From: Eubacteriales bacterium
GTDB lineage: Bacteria; Bacillota; Clostridia; Christensenellales; CAG-138
Direction: 5' to 3'
Assembly: GCA_035446965.1 (NCBI GenBank)
Contig: DAOTGE010000006.1
Coordinates: 728 to 64,727 of the forward strand
Length of the DNA: 64,000 nucleotides
The translations under genes and the position numbers were made by a program. Positions 27,683 to 37,212 of the stretch are shown piece by piece. The first letter of the stretch is position 1. The number at the start of each line of letters is the position of its first letter. Below the pieces are notes generated by a model. That model was not told where the DNA came from. It saw only the letters and a program-made list of their open reading frames with translations, and searched no databases.

Positions 27683-28606
27683 TTATCCAGCTTGTGTGTC
27701 TGCTGCATCTTCCTGTTCGCACCGAACCAACAGTCGGTTGGTGCCGTTATCTTTGCAGGTCATGAGCGTCAGCCCGCAGGTGCCCTTGTAGGAGTCCAGT
27801 GCGCTGAACGAATCCGGCGCAATGCTCTTGATCTGATACACAACATAGCGCACGCGCGTACCCGTTGCACTGTCGGTCAGGTAAATTTCGCTGCCGACCG
27901 AAAGGGACTTCAGCTGCCCGAAATGCGCGCCGCTTTTGTAGTTGTGCCCGATGAGCACGAGGTTGCCCGCTTCGTTCGGATCGGGGCCTTTATAACGGCA
28001 GATCGAGATCTTGAGCAGATTATAAGACCATTTGCCGATGATAGGGAGCTCTTGGTTCAGCTCCGGAATCTCGAGGATGCCGATTACGCCGTCTTCGCCG
28101 GTCGCGTTGATGATCTTTTCGATCGTTGCGCTCAGCTCGGAAACGTCCGGTGCATCGGGCTGAACATATTCGCCGCTTTCATCGACGCCTTCGTTCGAGC
28201 CGTCGTCGGCGAGGTGTTCATCCGCGTCTGCAGCGGCGCTTGCATCCGCATCGGCGTCGGTCTGTTCCAGATCCTCGTTGGAATCATCGGACGGTTCCGG
28301 CGTGTCCGCGGCCTCCGTAGGCTCCGGCGAAACGGTGACGACAGGCGTCGCCGTCGCTTTTGCCTTATATGCTTCCAGGAGCACCGTTGCATTTTTTCCG
28401 GCGGCTTCACCCTCAAAGAGCTTAACGCCGATGAGCGTGAGCGCGGCAAAGCCGAGGAGGATGGCGACCAGGCCGAGCGTGCGGATTGCGTTGAGCTCCC
28501 GCTGCGCTTTTGACCGGCGCCTTTTCTTTGCATGCCTGCCTGTAACGGTCAGTCCGGTTGGTTCGTCGTCCTTATGCGTCGTTAAAGCGTTTCTTCCGGA
28601 TGGCAT
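27683..28606 (-). CDS. Sortase (class D-like)
   Basis: N-terminal TM, acidic linker, IGILEIP, LVLIGHNY (His), LTLMTC (Cys) and RLLVR (Arg). Start placed at MPSG behind GGGAG. Confidence 0.9.
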   Translation of the reverse strand: MPSGRNALTTHKDDEPTGLTVTGRHAKKRRRSKAQRELNAIRTLGLVAILLGFAALTLIGVKLFEGEAAGKNATVLLEAYKAKATATPVVTVSPEPTEAADTPEPSDDSNEDLEQTDADADASAAADADEHLADDGSNEGVDESGEYVQPDAPDVSELSATIEKIINATGEDGVIGILEIPELNQELPIIGKWSYNLLKISICRYKGPDPNEAGNLVLIGHNYKSGAHFGQLKSLSVGSEIYLTDSATGTRVRYVVYQIKSIAPDSFSALDSYKGTCGLTLMTCKDNGTNRLLVRCEQEDAADTQAG

Positions 28607-29948
28607 ACCAAACTCCCGCCGCAATCAGAAGCGCACCGCATAGGCCGCCGAACACATATACCAGCGTGAAATCCTGGCCGGTCTGCGGCAGGCTGCTCAA
28701 GCCGGTGATGTAGATGGTGATGGAGGCGCGGTTCGAGCTGTCGTCGTTGATCCAGGCGTAGAGCTTCGTGCCGGTAGTCGGCGTGTTGTAACGGGCGTAG
28801 AGCTGGATCTGCGCCTGTCCGTCTTCCATGTCGGCCCGGCTGTCGTTCAGGGTCGCGCTTGAGATCTTGAGGTAGGACGAGCTCCAGCTCCAGTGTGCGG
28901 TGCTCGTGTCGTCGTTGACGACGGTGCCGTCCGCTTCATGCAGCGTGAGCGTATAGGTACCGTAGCGGCTCGAACTGTTGAGTGCGGTCGGCCCTTCCAG
29001 CGTCAGGTAACGCGCGGTGTACACGTTTACGGTCGCCGTATGCGCCGAGGTGTAGGTGCCTGCGCCGTTGATGGTCGCCGTGATGGTGCTGCTTCCGTTC
29101 GTGCCGGACGAATTGGACGTATAGGTCGCCGTGCAGATCAGCGACGTACCGCTGGTGGTAAACGCCGTCGGCGCGGACAGCGAGCCGGCCGTCGTGTTGG
29201 AATTGCTCCAGGTCACGGTGGAAGAAGAGGTAATCAGATCTCCGCCGTAATCGACCTTCAGCTGAATGGTTGCGCTGGTACTGGCAGAGGTGATGTTCTG
29301 CGTGGCCGGCGTGATGGTGATGATCGGATTCACTGTGACCGTGCAGGTTTTGGTTTGCACGGCACCCAGCGTGGGCGTGTTCGTTGCGGTGATGACCGCC
29401 TGGCCGGCGCCGACCGCCGTCACATAACCGGTGTTCGGGTCGACCGTCGCCACGACGTCCCTGCTGGAAGACCACACTGTGGTGCTGCCCGAAGAAACGT
29501 TGCCTACGGTGAGAGTCTGTGCCGCGCCGCCGTTCAACGTCAGGGTGGAGTTGCTGATGGTCATGGCCACGACGTTGATGGTTATCGCGCTGCTGGTAAC
29601 CGGATCAGGGCCGCCGTCGTCGCTGGCGGTTACGGTGATGTCTGTGGCGGTGCCCGGAATCATGCCCGTTACGGTGATGGTGTCGCCTGTCGTGCTGGAA
29701 AGGTTGACATATCCGCCGCCGGTCGTGTTATTCCAGGTGTAGGTAAGGGTTCCAACCGGCGCGCCGGTCGGGGTTGCGGTGAGATCGACCGTTCCTCCTA
29801 CGGGAATGGTGTAGCTCTGGCCTGCGCCGGGCGTAATGGTAACGGCGGTGACGTCCGCCAAAGCCGAGTTCGGAATCCCGGCGATGACCAGCGCCAGCGC
29901 AAGCGTCATTACGACCGCAGCCGCTCTGGATAATCTGATTTTCTTCAT
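28572..29948 (-). CDS. LPXTG-anchored surface protein with Ig-like (Big_2-type) domains
   Basis: Signal peptide, Thr-rich beta-repeats, WSSSRDVVATVDPNTGYVTAVGAGQAVITAT, C-terminal LPQTG + TM + RKKR. Confidence 0.9.
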   Translation of the reverse strand: MKKIRLSRAAAVVMTLALALVIAGIPNSALADVTAVTITPGAGQSYTIPVGGTVDLTATPTGAPVGTLTYTWNNTTGGGYVNLSSTTGDTITVTGMIPGTATDITVTASDDGGPDPVTSSAITINVVAMTISNSTLTLNGGAAQTLTVGNVSSGSTTVWSSSRDVVATVDPNTGYVTAVGAGQAVITATNTPTLGAVQTKTCTVTVNPIITITPATQNITSASTSATIQLKVDYGGDLITSSSTVTWSNSNTTAGSLSAPTAFTTSGTSLICTATYTSNSSGTNGSSTITATINGAGTYTSAHTATVNVYTARYLTLEGPTALNSSSRYGTYTLTLHEADGTVVNDDTSTAHWSWSSSYLKISSATLNDSRADMEDGQAQIQLYARYNTPTTGTKLYAWINDDSSNRASITIYITGLSSLPQTGQDFTLVYVFGGLCGALLIAAGVWYAIRKKRFNDA

Positions 29949-30017
29949 GATTTTGGTTCCTCCTTTTGAGCGAACGGAACGTTATTCTCGGATGAATTTA
30001 CGCAATGGAATGATACT

Positions 30018-30046
30018 ATCATACGAACAGGTCTTCCTAATGTCAA
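30018..30046 (-). promoter_or_regulatory. Sigma-A promoter for the LPXTG protein-sortase operon
   Basis: Minus strand TTGACA-N17-TATGAT. Confidence 0.72.
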
Positions 30047-30151
30047 TAAAAGCAGGTTATCGTTTTCGATTTCTTTACCGAAACGTAACGAATCCGCCTT
30101 GTTACGGCGTCAAACCTGCACCGTGGCCGTAAAACAGAGACCAAACGCGCA

Positions 30152-31864
30152 TTATTGGTAAAACGTGTTGCCGCCGATAAACTCGCGCAGGATCGAAGTA
30201 GGCGGGATTTCATCCTCCACGTTTGCCTCCATAAAGTAGTTCAGGAATTTCACGATCGAGTGCGCTTCATCGTAATACGGGCTTTCGAGCTGAACGGCGG
30301 TCAGCAGCGGGAAAATGTGCTTTTTCAGCACCGCGGGCTCGTAGATCAGCGTCGTGTTGAAGATTGCGTCCGCATCTTCCTGAAACGGGAAAATCCATTT
30401 TTCCTCACCCGCGCGCACGCTGTCCCACATGGAGAGCGTACGTTCGATGGAAGCGCCGCGCGTTTCATAGTCGCGCACCATGCGCCGCAAGAGGCGGATG
30501 GACGTGGTCGGGATGCGGTTGTGGTCGTCCAGATTGAGCGTAGTCAGCGCGGAGACGTAGAGCCGGAAAATCAATTTTTTGTCCACGGTGCCCGGAAGCA
30601 GTTGCGGGTTGAGGCCGTGGAGCCCTTCGATGACCAGCGGGGCGCTCTCGTCGACGCGGATTTTCACGCCGCTGCGGCAGCGGCGCTGTTTGATGAAATC
30701 GAAGCGCGGCAGTTCGACCTCCTCGCCGGCCATCAGCCGGGTCAGATCGCTTTGAAACTGTTCCACGTCGATGGTGTTGAAGTGTTCCAGGTCGATCTTG
30801 CCGTCCGGGCCGGGCTTGATCGTGTCGCGGTCGCGGTAATAGTCGTCCAGCGAGACGAGCACCGGTGTTTTTCCGTGGACGCGCAGCTGCGTGCAGAGGC
30901 GGTTGGCGCTGGTCGTTTTGCCGGAACTGGACGGCCCGGCGATGACCACGGCGCGTGCACCGCGCTCGATGATTTCGTCCGCAAGCGCGGCGAAGCGTTT
31001 TTCGTGCAGCGCTTCGTTGACGCGTATCAGCGTGCGGACGTCGCCGCTGAGCACCATGTCGTTGAGATCGGCCACCACGGTGCAGTGCATGAGCCGTCCC
31101 CATTCCTCGCTTTCGGAAAACACGCCCGCAAGATGCGGCATGTATACGTGTTTTGCAGGCACGTTTGGGTCCTTTGCCGACGGACGGATCAGAAACAGGC
31201 CGGTCGGCAGCGCCTGCAGGTCGAATACGTTCGCATAACCGGTGGACGGCGCCATTTCGCCATAGAAATAGTCCACGTAATCTTCCTGCCGGTATACGTC
31301 AAAATAGGAAAACTGACGCCAGCGAAGCAGGCGCACCTTGTCCTCCTGTCCGTCACAGCTGAAGAAATCGATTGCATCGTCAACATCGACCCGCTTACGC
31401 TCCAGGGTGAGGTCCGCTTCCACAATGCGGCGCATTTCGCGCTTGACGGCAAGCACTTCCGGTTCAGTCAGGCGCATATTGTCCCCAACGCTGGCGTAAA
31501 GGCCGGCGCCGACGGCATAGTTGATGCGCACGCGGGTTTTTGGATACAGCTTGCGCATGGCGAGCAGAAACACAAACAGCATAGTTCGCTCGTACACGCG
31601 GTTGCCGCGCGCGGAATCGTACCGCAGGAGAGAAACTTCTCCGTTTGCCGCGCGGACGGCGCGCCGCAGCATCGCGCGCGGGACGGATTTGCCCTCCTGC
31701 TCGCGAACGGGCACGTAATTGAGCGTAAACGTTTCGCCGGCGACGTTGGCGGCGAGCGGTCGCGTGCGTAAATCAGCGCTGTCCAGCCCGAGCTTGCGCA
31801 CGAGGTACAGAAGCGATTCGCCGCACTGCGCGTCCACCGGGCGGCCATCTATTTTCAGCAGCAT
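30152..31864 (-). CDS. Uridine-kinase-family nucleoside kinase with N-terminal ThrRS-like (TGS/editing) region
   Basis: N-terminal ThrRS-like region (YERTMLFVFL, VDYFYGEMAPSTG); kinase IAGPSSSGKTTS, SLDDYY, LPRFDF, IEGLHGLN, RLLRRMVRD, EEKWIFPFQE. Confidence 0.88.
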   Translation of the reverse strand: MLLKIDGRPVDAQCGESLLYLVRKLGLDSADLRTRPLAANVAGETFTLNYVPVREQEGKSVPRAMLRRAVRAANGEVSLLRYDSARGNRVYERTMLFVFLLAMRKLYPKTRVRINYAVGAGLYASVGDNMRLTEPEVLAVKREMRRIVEADLTLERKRVDVDDAIDFFSCDGQEDKVRLLRWRQFSYFDVYRQEDYVDYFYGEMAPSTGYANVFDLQALPTGLFLIRPSAKDPNVPAKHVYMPHLAGVFSESEEWGRLMHCTVVADLNDMVLSGDVRTLIRVNEALHEKRFAALADEIIERGARAVVIAGPSSSGKTTSANRLCTQLRVHGKTPVLVSLDDYYRDRDTIKPGPDGKIDLEHFNTIDVEQFQSDLTRLMAGEEVELPRFDFIKQRRCRSGVKIRVDESAPLVIEGLHGLNPQLLPGTVDKKLIFRLYVSALTTLNLDDHNRIPTTSIRLLRRMVRDYETRGASIERTLSMWDSVRAGEEKWIFPFQEDADAIFNTTLIYEPAVLKKHIFPLLTAVQLESPYYDEAHSIVKFLNYFMEANVEDEIPPTSILREFIGGNTFYQ

Positions 31865-31904
31865 GGTATTCTCCTTTGCCGGTCTGTTTTATTACCCCGG
31901 CGCA

Positions 31905-33518
31905 TCAGCCCCAGAGGAGGGAAAGCGCGGGGACGATTTGCTTTTTGCGGGAGATTACGCCGGGCAGATACGCGGCGTTGTTTTTGAGCGTCACGTTAAA
32001 AGCATGCTCGACCGTTTCGGTATCGCCCACGGCATAGAGCCGTGTGCCCTCTTTGAGCACGTCGGTGAGCATCAGCAGCATCATGTCGAAACCGCGCTTT
32101 TTTATTTCCCGCTCCATAAGCGCGAGGAAACCGTCCTTCATTTTGGCGAATTCGTCGGTGTCCGCCGTGGTAATCTGCGAAATGCCGAGCGAATGGCCGG
32201 AAAACTCAAACTGCTTAAAGTCCGCAAAGTATAAATCCTCAAGGCTGTGGTTCCCGCTTGCCGAAACGGAGAAGATCTCCTCTCCGAGCGTTTCCAGCGA
32301 AAGCCCGGCAATCTTGGCCATGCGCGCGGCCATTGCGCGGTCCACGTCCGTACTGGTCGGAGACTTGAACGCGATGGTGTCCGAAACGATGGCCGCAGCG
32401 AGCAGTCCCGCGAGTTTTTTGCTCGGCATAATCCCGCGCTCGAAAAACATGCTTGTGATGATGGTGCAGGTGCTTCCGACCGGCTCGTTGCGTACGTAGA
32501 CCGGCGAGCTCGTCTGCACGTCCGCAATGCGGTGGTGGTCGATGATTTCGACGATTTCCGCCTGTTCGAGGCCGGGGACGGACTGTGAAAGTTCGTTATG
32601 GTCAACCAGTACGACGCGCTTGCGGTTGGGACGCAGCAGGTGGAAACGCGAGAGCGTGCCAACCACGCGGTCGTCGTCGTCCAGAATCGGGTAGCTTCGG
32701 AAGCGGGATTTCAGCGTTTCCTCGCGCACGTCGTCCACATAGTCGGAAAGGTGGAACGAAACGAGGTTTTCCTTCCGGCAGATGCGCGAAACGGGCACGG
32801 CGAGAAACACGAGCCTGCAGGCGGCATACGCGTCGTGCGGCGTGGCGATGACACAGGTTTTTTCGCAGCCGGCCAACAGAGAGCGGTCCACCTCGGATTC
32901 GCAGACGATCACGCACCCGGCGTGCTGTTCGAGCGCGCGCTTGAGCGCCTCCGGCTGATTGCCGCAGATGACCACGCTGCCCTCCGGGAAGTCCGGCATG
33001 CCCGTGTGATTCGGCAGAGAGAGCACCAGTTCGCCGGAAAATTCGTTAAGCTCCGCTTCCGGGTTGAGCAGTTGCCCGTCGAGACAGGCAAGCAGGTTGA
33101 ACAGCGGGATACCGTCCACGCGGTTGCTGGCAATAAGCTGCATATCGTAGGAGGCGATTTCCTCCGGCGTGAGCATGCCGTAGAGGCGGCCGTCCTCGTC
33201 CGTGACCGGTAAGGCGGGCACGCCCGCGCTGCCGCTGGCGATGGTCTGCCAGGCATGGTAAGCGCTGATGGCGGCGGAAAGAATCGGCGGAGTGTCGTAA
33301 TTTAAATCGGACACCTGCGTGCGGACGTTGTGCAGCGAAGGCGGCGCGGCAAAGTCGAATTTATCGAGCACAAGCTGCGTCTGGTCGCTGACTTCGCCGA
33401 TGCGCGCGGCGGTATAGGCGCGTTCTCCCAATGCGTTTTTCAGCATCGCATAGGCGATTGCGGCGACGATTGAATCCGTGTCCGGATTGCGGTGCCCTGT
33501 AATAAAAATCGGTTCCAT
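31905..33518 (-). CDS. ppaC: Family II Mn-dependent inorganic pyrophosphatase with CBS/DRTGG regulatory insert
   Basis: GHRNPDTDS, CBS pair around DRTGG, LVDHNE, IIDHH, EPVGST, DFKQF, SRKKQIVP; GGAGG RBS. Confidence 0.93.
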   Translation of the reverse strand: MEPIFITGHRNPDTDSIVAAIAYAMLKNALGERAYTAARIGEVSDQTQLVLDKFDFAAPPSLHNVRTQVSDLNYDTPPILSAAISAYHAWQTIASGSAGVPALPVTDEDGRLYGMLTPEEIASYDMQLIASNRVDGIPLFNLLACLDGQLLNPEAELNEFSGELVLSLPNHTGMPDFPEGSVVICGNQPEALKRALEQHAGCVIVCESEVDRSLLAGCEKTCVIATPHDAYAACRLVFLAVPVSRICRKENLVSFHLSDYVDDVREETLKSRFRSYPILDDDDRVVGTLSRFHLLRPNRKRVVLVDHNELSQSVPGLEQAEIVEIIDHHRIADVQTSSPVYVRNEPVGSTCTIITSMFFERGIMPSKKLAGLLAAAIVSDTIAFKSPTSTDVDRAMAARMAKIAGLSLETLGEEIFSVSASGNHSLEDLYFADFKQFEFSGHSLGISQITTADTDEFAKMKDGFLALMEREIKKRGFDMMLLMLTDVLKEGTRLYAVGDTETVEHAFNVTLKNNAAYLPGVISRKKQIVPALSLLWG

Positions 33519-33690
33519 GTATCCTCCCGGCGAGTTTTTTGTACCGGCCGCGCCGACCGGCGGCGGGAAAAGACGACAAAACCGCTGCCAAAGCGCATCA
33601 GCCGGCAACGGGTTCGCTTCTTCCTATTTTAACGGGTTGCGGGGAAAATCGCAAGCGGACGGCTTTTGCCGTCCGCTTGTTTTACGTATG

Positions 33691-34557
33691 TCAGCGCTCC
33701 GACGCCACGAAGAACAGCGCCACCGTACCCGGGCCGGAGTGCGCGCCGATGCTCGTGCCGATGTCGTCGATATGAACGAGCATCTTTGGATACGTCTCCC
33801 GGATGAGGCCCGCGACGTATTCCGCGTCCTCCGCTGCGTCGCAGTGGCCGAGGAACACGACGTCCGTCGCGGTTTCGTCCACGGTTTCCACCATGTGATC
33901 AAACAGTGCGCGCAGGGACTTTTTGCGGCCCTGCACTTTGCCCGTGGCGACCAGAAAACCGCCGTTGTCGACATGCATCACGGGTTTTATGTTGAGGATC
34001 GTTGCAATGGCCGCCGTCGCGCCGCTGATGCGGCCGCCGCGCTTAAGGTAAACGAGGTCGTCCACGGTGAACCAATGCGCAAAATGGAGTTTGCTTTCTT
34101 CAAGCCACCGGGTCAGCGCATCTAAGCCGAGCTCTTTTTGCTTGCGCGCGGCGTAGTAGACGAGCAGGCCTTCGCCGAGCGAGGCTGAAAGGGAGTCCAC
34201 GACGATTACTTTGCGCTGCGGGAATTTTGCTTCCAGGTCTTCTTTTGCGGCGAGCGCGGATTGGAGCGTCCCGGACAGCTTGGAGGAAAAACCGACATAA
34301 AGCACGTCCTCACCGGCCTTCAGCACGGGCTCGAACGCTTCGATAAACGAATAGGCGTTGATTTGCGCGGTAGTGACCAGTTTGCCGGCGCGCATTTCCG
34401 TAAAAAACGTTTCGATCGGCAGGTCCGATCTGCCGGGAATGTAGCTGTAATCCTTCCCGTCCAGCGTAAAGCCCATCGGAAGGACGGTAACGTTCCACTC
34501 GTCCGCAAATTTTGCGGGAAGATCGCTGGTTGCGTCGGTAAAGATACGGTAAGCCAT
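33691..34557 (-). CDS. DegV family fatty-acid-binding protein
   Basis: IFTDATSDL, TTAQ, SSKLSGT, VDSLSASLGEG, DDLVYLKRGGRIS, LNIKP, IGAHSGPG. Confidence 0.95.
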   Translation of the reverse strand: MAYRIFTDATSDLPAKFADEWNVTVLPMGFTLDGKDYSYIPGRSDLPIETFFTEMRAGKLVTTAQINAYSFIEAFEPVLKAGEDVLYVGFSSKLSGTLQSALAAKEDLEAKFPQRKVIVVDSLSASLGEGLLVYYAARKQKELGLDALTRWLEESKLHFAHWFTVDDLVYLKRGGRISGATAAIATILNIKPVMHVDNGGFLVATGKVQGRKKSLRALFDHMVETVDETATDVVFLGHCDAAEDAEYVAGLIRETYPKMLVHIDDIGTSIGAHSGPGTVALFFVASER

Positions 34558-34858
34558 ACTTCGCCTCGTTTCTGCGCGCGGCAGCGGCGCGCCTTTTAGT
34601 ATCCGCGGGGGAAACCACCGCGAACTGATACTTTATTGTACCGTCTTTTCAAAAACGTGACAAGCGCTTTGGACAAACACTGGTTTTGATTATCAAACCA
34701 GTGGCCCGCACAGGCGGGCAGCGGGCCGACGGCAAAACACGCCCGGAAATAGCGCACATTTGCAGGGATATGTTATAATAGCGCTGCGCGCGTATCCGTG
34801 GACCCGGTGGCTCGCAGGCAGGCGCGCGGACCCCCATAACAGGAGCTGAGAATTAATT

Positions 34859-35971
34859 ATGAAAAAAGTGCTTTCCGTAGGGATGGCGACCGTCGCCTCT
34901 ATCCTGCTGATTCTGATTTTGGTGTTTACCTCTATCGGGCTTGTGATCAACGACGAGACGTTTATCAACAACGAGTTCACGAAGCTTTCCATCAGTGAAG
35001 AGATGGGCATCAGCAACTCCGACCTCGTACGGGCGATGACGCAGCTTGTAGATTATATGGAAGGCGACGCGGATGATATCAGCGTCGAGGTCACGCTCGA
35101 CGGCGAGCAGGTCGAGATGTTCGATTACCCGCAGGAAGCCGAGCATATGGCGGACGTGCGGCAAATCTACACGACGATTGCGTCGTACAGGGACATGGGC
35201 GTACTTGTGATGCTGATTCTGTTTCTGTTTGCGGCGGTGGTGGATTTCCGAAAAGCGCCGCAGCGGCTTGCGCAGGGTTATCTTTCCGGTTCGTTTGTCA
35301 TGCTGCTGATCTTTGGATTTTTAGGAACGTGGGCGGCGCTGGACTTCTCCAATTTCTGGACGTTTTTTCACCAGGCGCTGTTTTGGAACGACCTTTGGCT
35401 GTTCGACGCGACCGAAAGCCGCATGATCAACATGCTTCCGGAAGATTTTTTTGCGGATACCGTCGGGCGCATCGGCCTGTATGCAGGCGCGGTCATTGTC
35501 GCACTTATCGTGCTGAGCATCCTTGCGCTGGCGCTTTCCTCCGACGCGCATAAACGCCGCCGGGCGATTGCGCAGGCGCGCGGCAAAGCGCGCAAAGACG
35601 CCTCCGAGTCGCGGAAAAAAGCGAAACAGCAGGCAAAGGAAGAGGCGGAAGAGCAAAAACGTTTGGCCGAGGAACAGAAGCGGTTGGAGGAGAAAAAGGC
35701 ACGCATTGCTGCGGCAAGGGCAAAGAAGCAGCAGCGGCTTGAAACCGAACGGAAAGCGGCGGAGCAGGAGCGACTCACGCAGGAACGTCGTGAAAAAAAG
35801 CATGCCGGGACACATGCGGAAACCGCCGCGCAGCGAAACGCGCCTTCCGCGCGGCAGGCCGCAAAAGCGCCGGCGCAAAAACGGAGCGCCGCGCAAAAAT
35901 CGGCCGCTCACCAAAAAACAAAACAGAAGAAAGAGAATATCGCCGACGATACGGGGTTCCTGGATGACTGA
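34859..35971 (+). CDS. TIGR01906/DUF1461 membrane protein (lipoprotein intramolecular transacylase Lit-like) with long basic/charged C-terminal tail
   Basis: EHMADVR and FWTFFHQALFWNDLWLFD..SRMINMLPEDFF motifs, 4 TM segments, about 130-aa K/E/A/R-rich tail. Confidence 0.78.
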   Translation: MKKVLSVGMATVASILLILILVFTSIGLVINDETFINNEFTKLSISEEMGISNSDLVRAMTQLVDYMEGDADDISVEVTLDGEQVEMFDYPQEAEHMADVRQIYTTIASYRDMGVLVMLILFLFAAVVDFRKAPQRLAQGYLSGSFVMLLIFGFLGTWAALDFSNFWTFFHQALFWNDLWLFDATESRMINMLPEDFFADTVGRIGLYAGAVIVALIVLSILALALSSDAHKRRRAIAQARGKARKDASESRKKAKQQAKEEAEEQKRLAEEQKRLEEKKARIAAARAKKQQRLETERKAAEQERLTQERREKKHAGTHAETAAQRNAPSARQAAKAPAQKRSAAQKSAAHQKTKQKKENIADDTGFLDD

Positions 35972-37040
35972 GTACGACCGGCGCGCCGGGGAAAAACTGG
36001 CGGCGCTGAAGCGCGGGCAGGCCGCAAAGGTGCTCGCGATTGAAACATCGTGCGACGAAACCGCCGCCGCGGTCGTGGAAAACGGACGGAGGGTGCTTTC
36101 CAGCGCCGTACATACGCAAATTCCTCTGCACGTTCCCTACGGCGGAGTCGTGCCGGAGATCGCTTCCCGCAGCCATGTCCAGAAGATCGGCCCGGTCGTA
36201 CAGCGCGCGCTTGAACAGGCGGGCATGTCCCTTGCGCAAATGGACGCCGTCGCCGTGACGAACGGGCCCGGACTGGTCGGGGCGCTGCTGGTCGGCCTGA
36301 GTTATGCAAAGGGCCTTGCCTATGCGGCTGGACTGCCGTTTCTTGGCGTGCACCATATTGCGTCGCACATTGCGGCGAACTATCTGACCTATGCGGAACT
36401 GGAGCCGCCGTTTACATGCCTCGTGGTGTCCGGCGGCCACAGCCATATTATCGCCGTGGAAGCATACGACCGCTACCGCCTGATCGGGCGCACGCGGGAC
36501 GACGCCGCTGGGGAGGCGTTCGACAAGGTCGCGCGCGTACTCGATCTGCCGTACCCCGGCGGGCCGAATCTGGAAAAGCTCGCTCTGTCCGGCGATCCGA
36601 TGAAATATACGTTTCACTCGGCGTTCAACGAGGGGGATGGGTTCGACTTCAGTTTTTCCGGCATCAAAACCGCCGTGGTCAACCGCCTGCACAACGCGCG
36701 CCAGACGGGCGAAAAAATCGATCCGGCCGATCTGGCCGCGTCGTTTCAGCGGACCGTGGTGGATATCCTTACGGAAAAGGCCGTGCGCGCAGCGCTGCTT
36801 GAACGCGGGAAAACCGGCGGCAAGCTCGCGCTGGCCGGCGGGGTTTCCGCCAACAAGGCGCTCCGCGGCGCGTTGGAAAAGCGGTCGGCGGAGGCGGGCG
36901 TGGCGTTTTATTGCCCGGCGTTTGAATACTGCACGGACAACGCCGCAATGGTCGGCGCGGCGGCGTATGGCAAACTCCGGGAGGGCTGTGTCGATGATTT
37001 TTCACTCAACGCGATACCGTATCTTTCCATAGAGGCATAG
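35964..37040 (+). CDS. tsaD: tRNA t6A threonylcarbamoyltransferase TsaD
   Basis: LAIETSCDET, GGVVPEIASRSH, GPGLVGAL, HHIASH, VSGGHS, DDAAGEAFDKVAR, FSFSGIK, CTDNAAM. Confidence 0.97.
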   Translation: MTEYDRRAGEKLAALKRGQAAKVLAIETSCDETAAAVVENGRRVLSSAVHTQIPLHVPYGGVVPEIASRSHVQKIGPVVQRALEQAGMSLAQMDAVAVTNGPGLVGALLVGLSYAKGLAYAAGLPFLGVHHIASHIAANYLTYAELEPPFTCLVVSGGHSHIIAVEAYDRYRLIGRTRDDAAGEAFDKVARVLDLPYPGGPNLEKLALSGDPMKYTFHSAFNEGDGFDFSFSGIKTAVVNRLHNARQTGEKIDPADLAASFQRTVVDILTEKAVRAALLERGKTGGKLALAGGVSANKALRGALEKRSAEAGVAFYCPAFEYCTDNAAMVGAAAYGKLREGCVDDFSLNAIPYLSIEA

Positions 37041-37058
37041 CGTACCGGCAGAGCTTTT

Positions 37059-37094
37059 CGCCGCGCCCCGTGTTTCGGGGCGCGGCGGTTTTTT
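37059..37094 (+). terminator. tsaD terminator
   Basis: CGCCGCGCCCCG-tgttt-CGGGGCGCGGCG followed by a T tract. Confidence 0.88.
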
Positions 37095-37212
37095 CGTTTT
37101 GGAACAAAATACGATGGTATGTTCGCATGAATTTGGACGCAACGGGTCCGGTTTTGCTGACGGAAACTGCAAAACGGGAACGTCACAGTTTTGTCATATT
37201 TGCATAGGGGAT

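Noticed and set aside
35523-35963. 147-aa N-terminal extension of TsaD
   Set aside because: It overlaps the lit tail in another frame; TsaD homology starts after ATG 35964.
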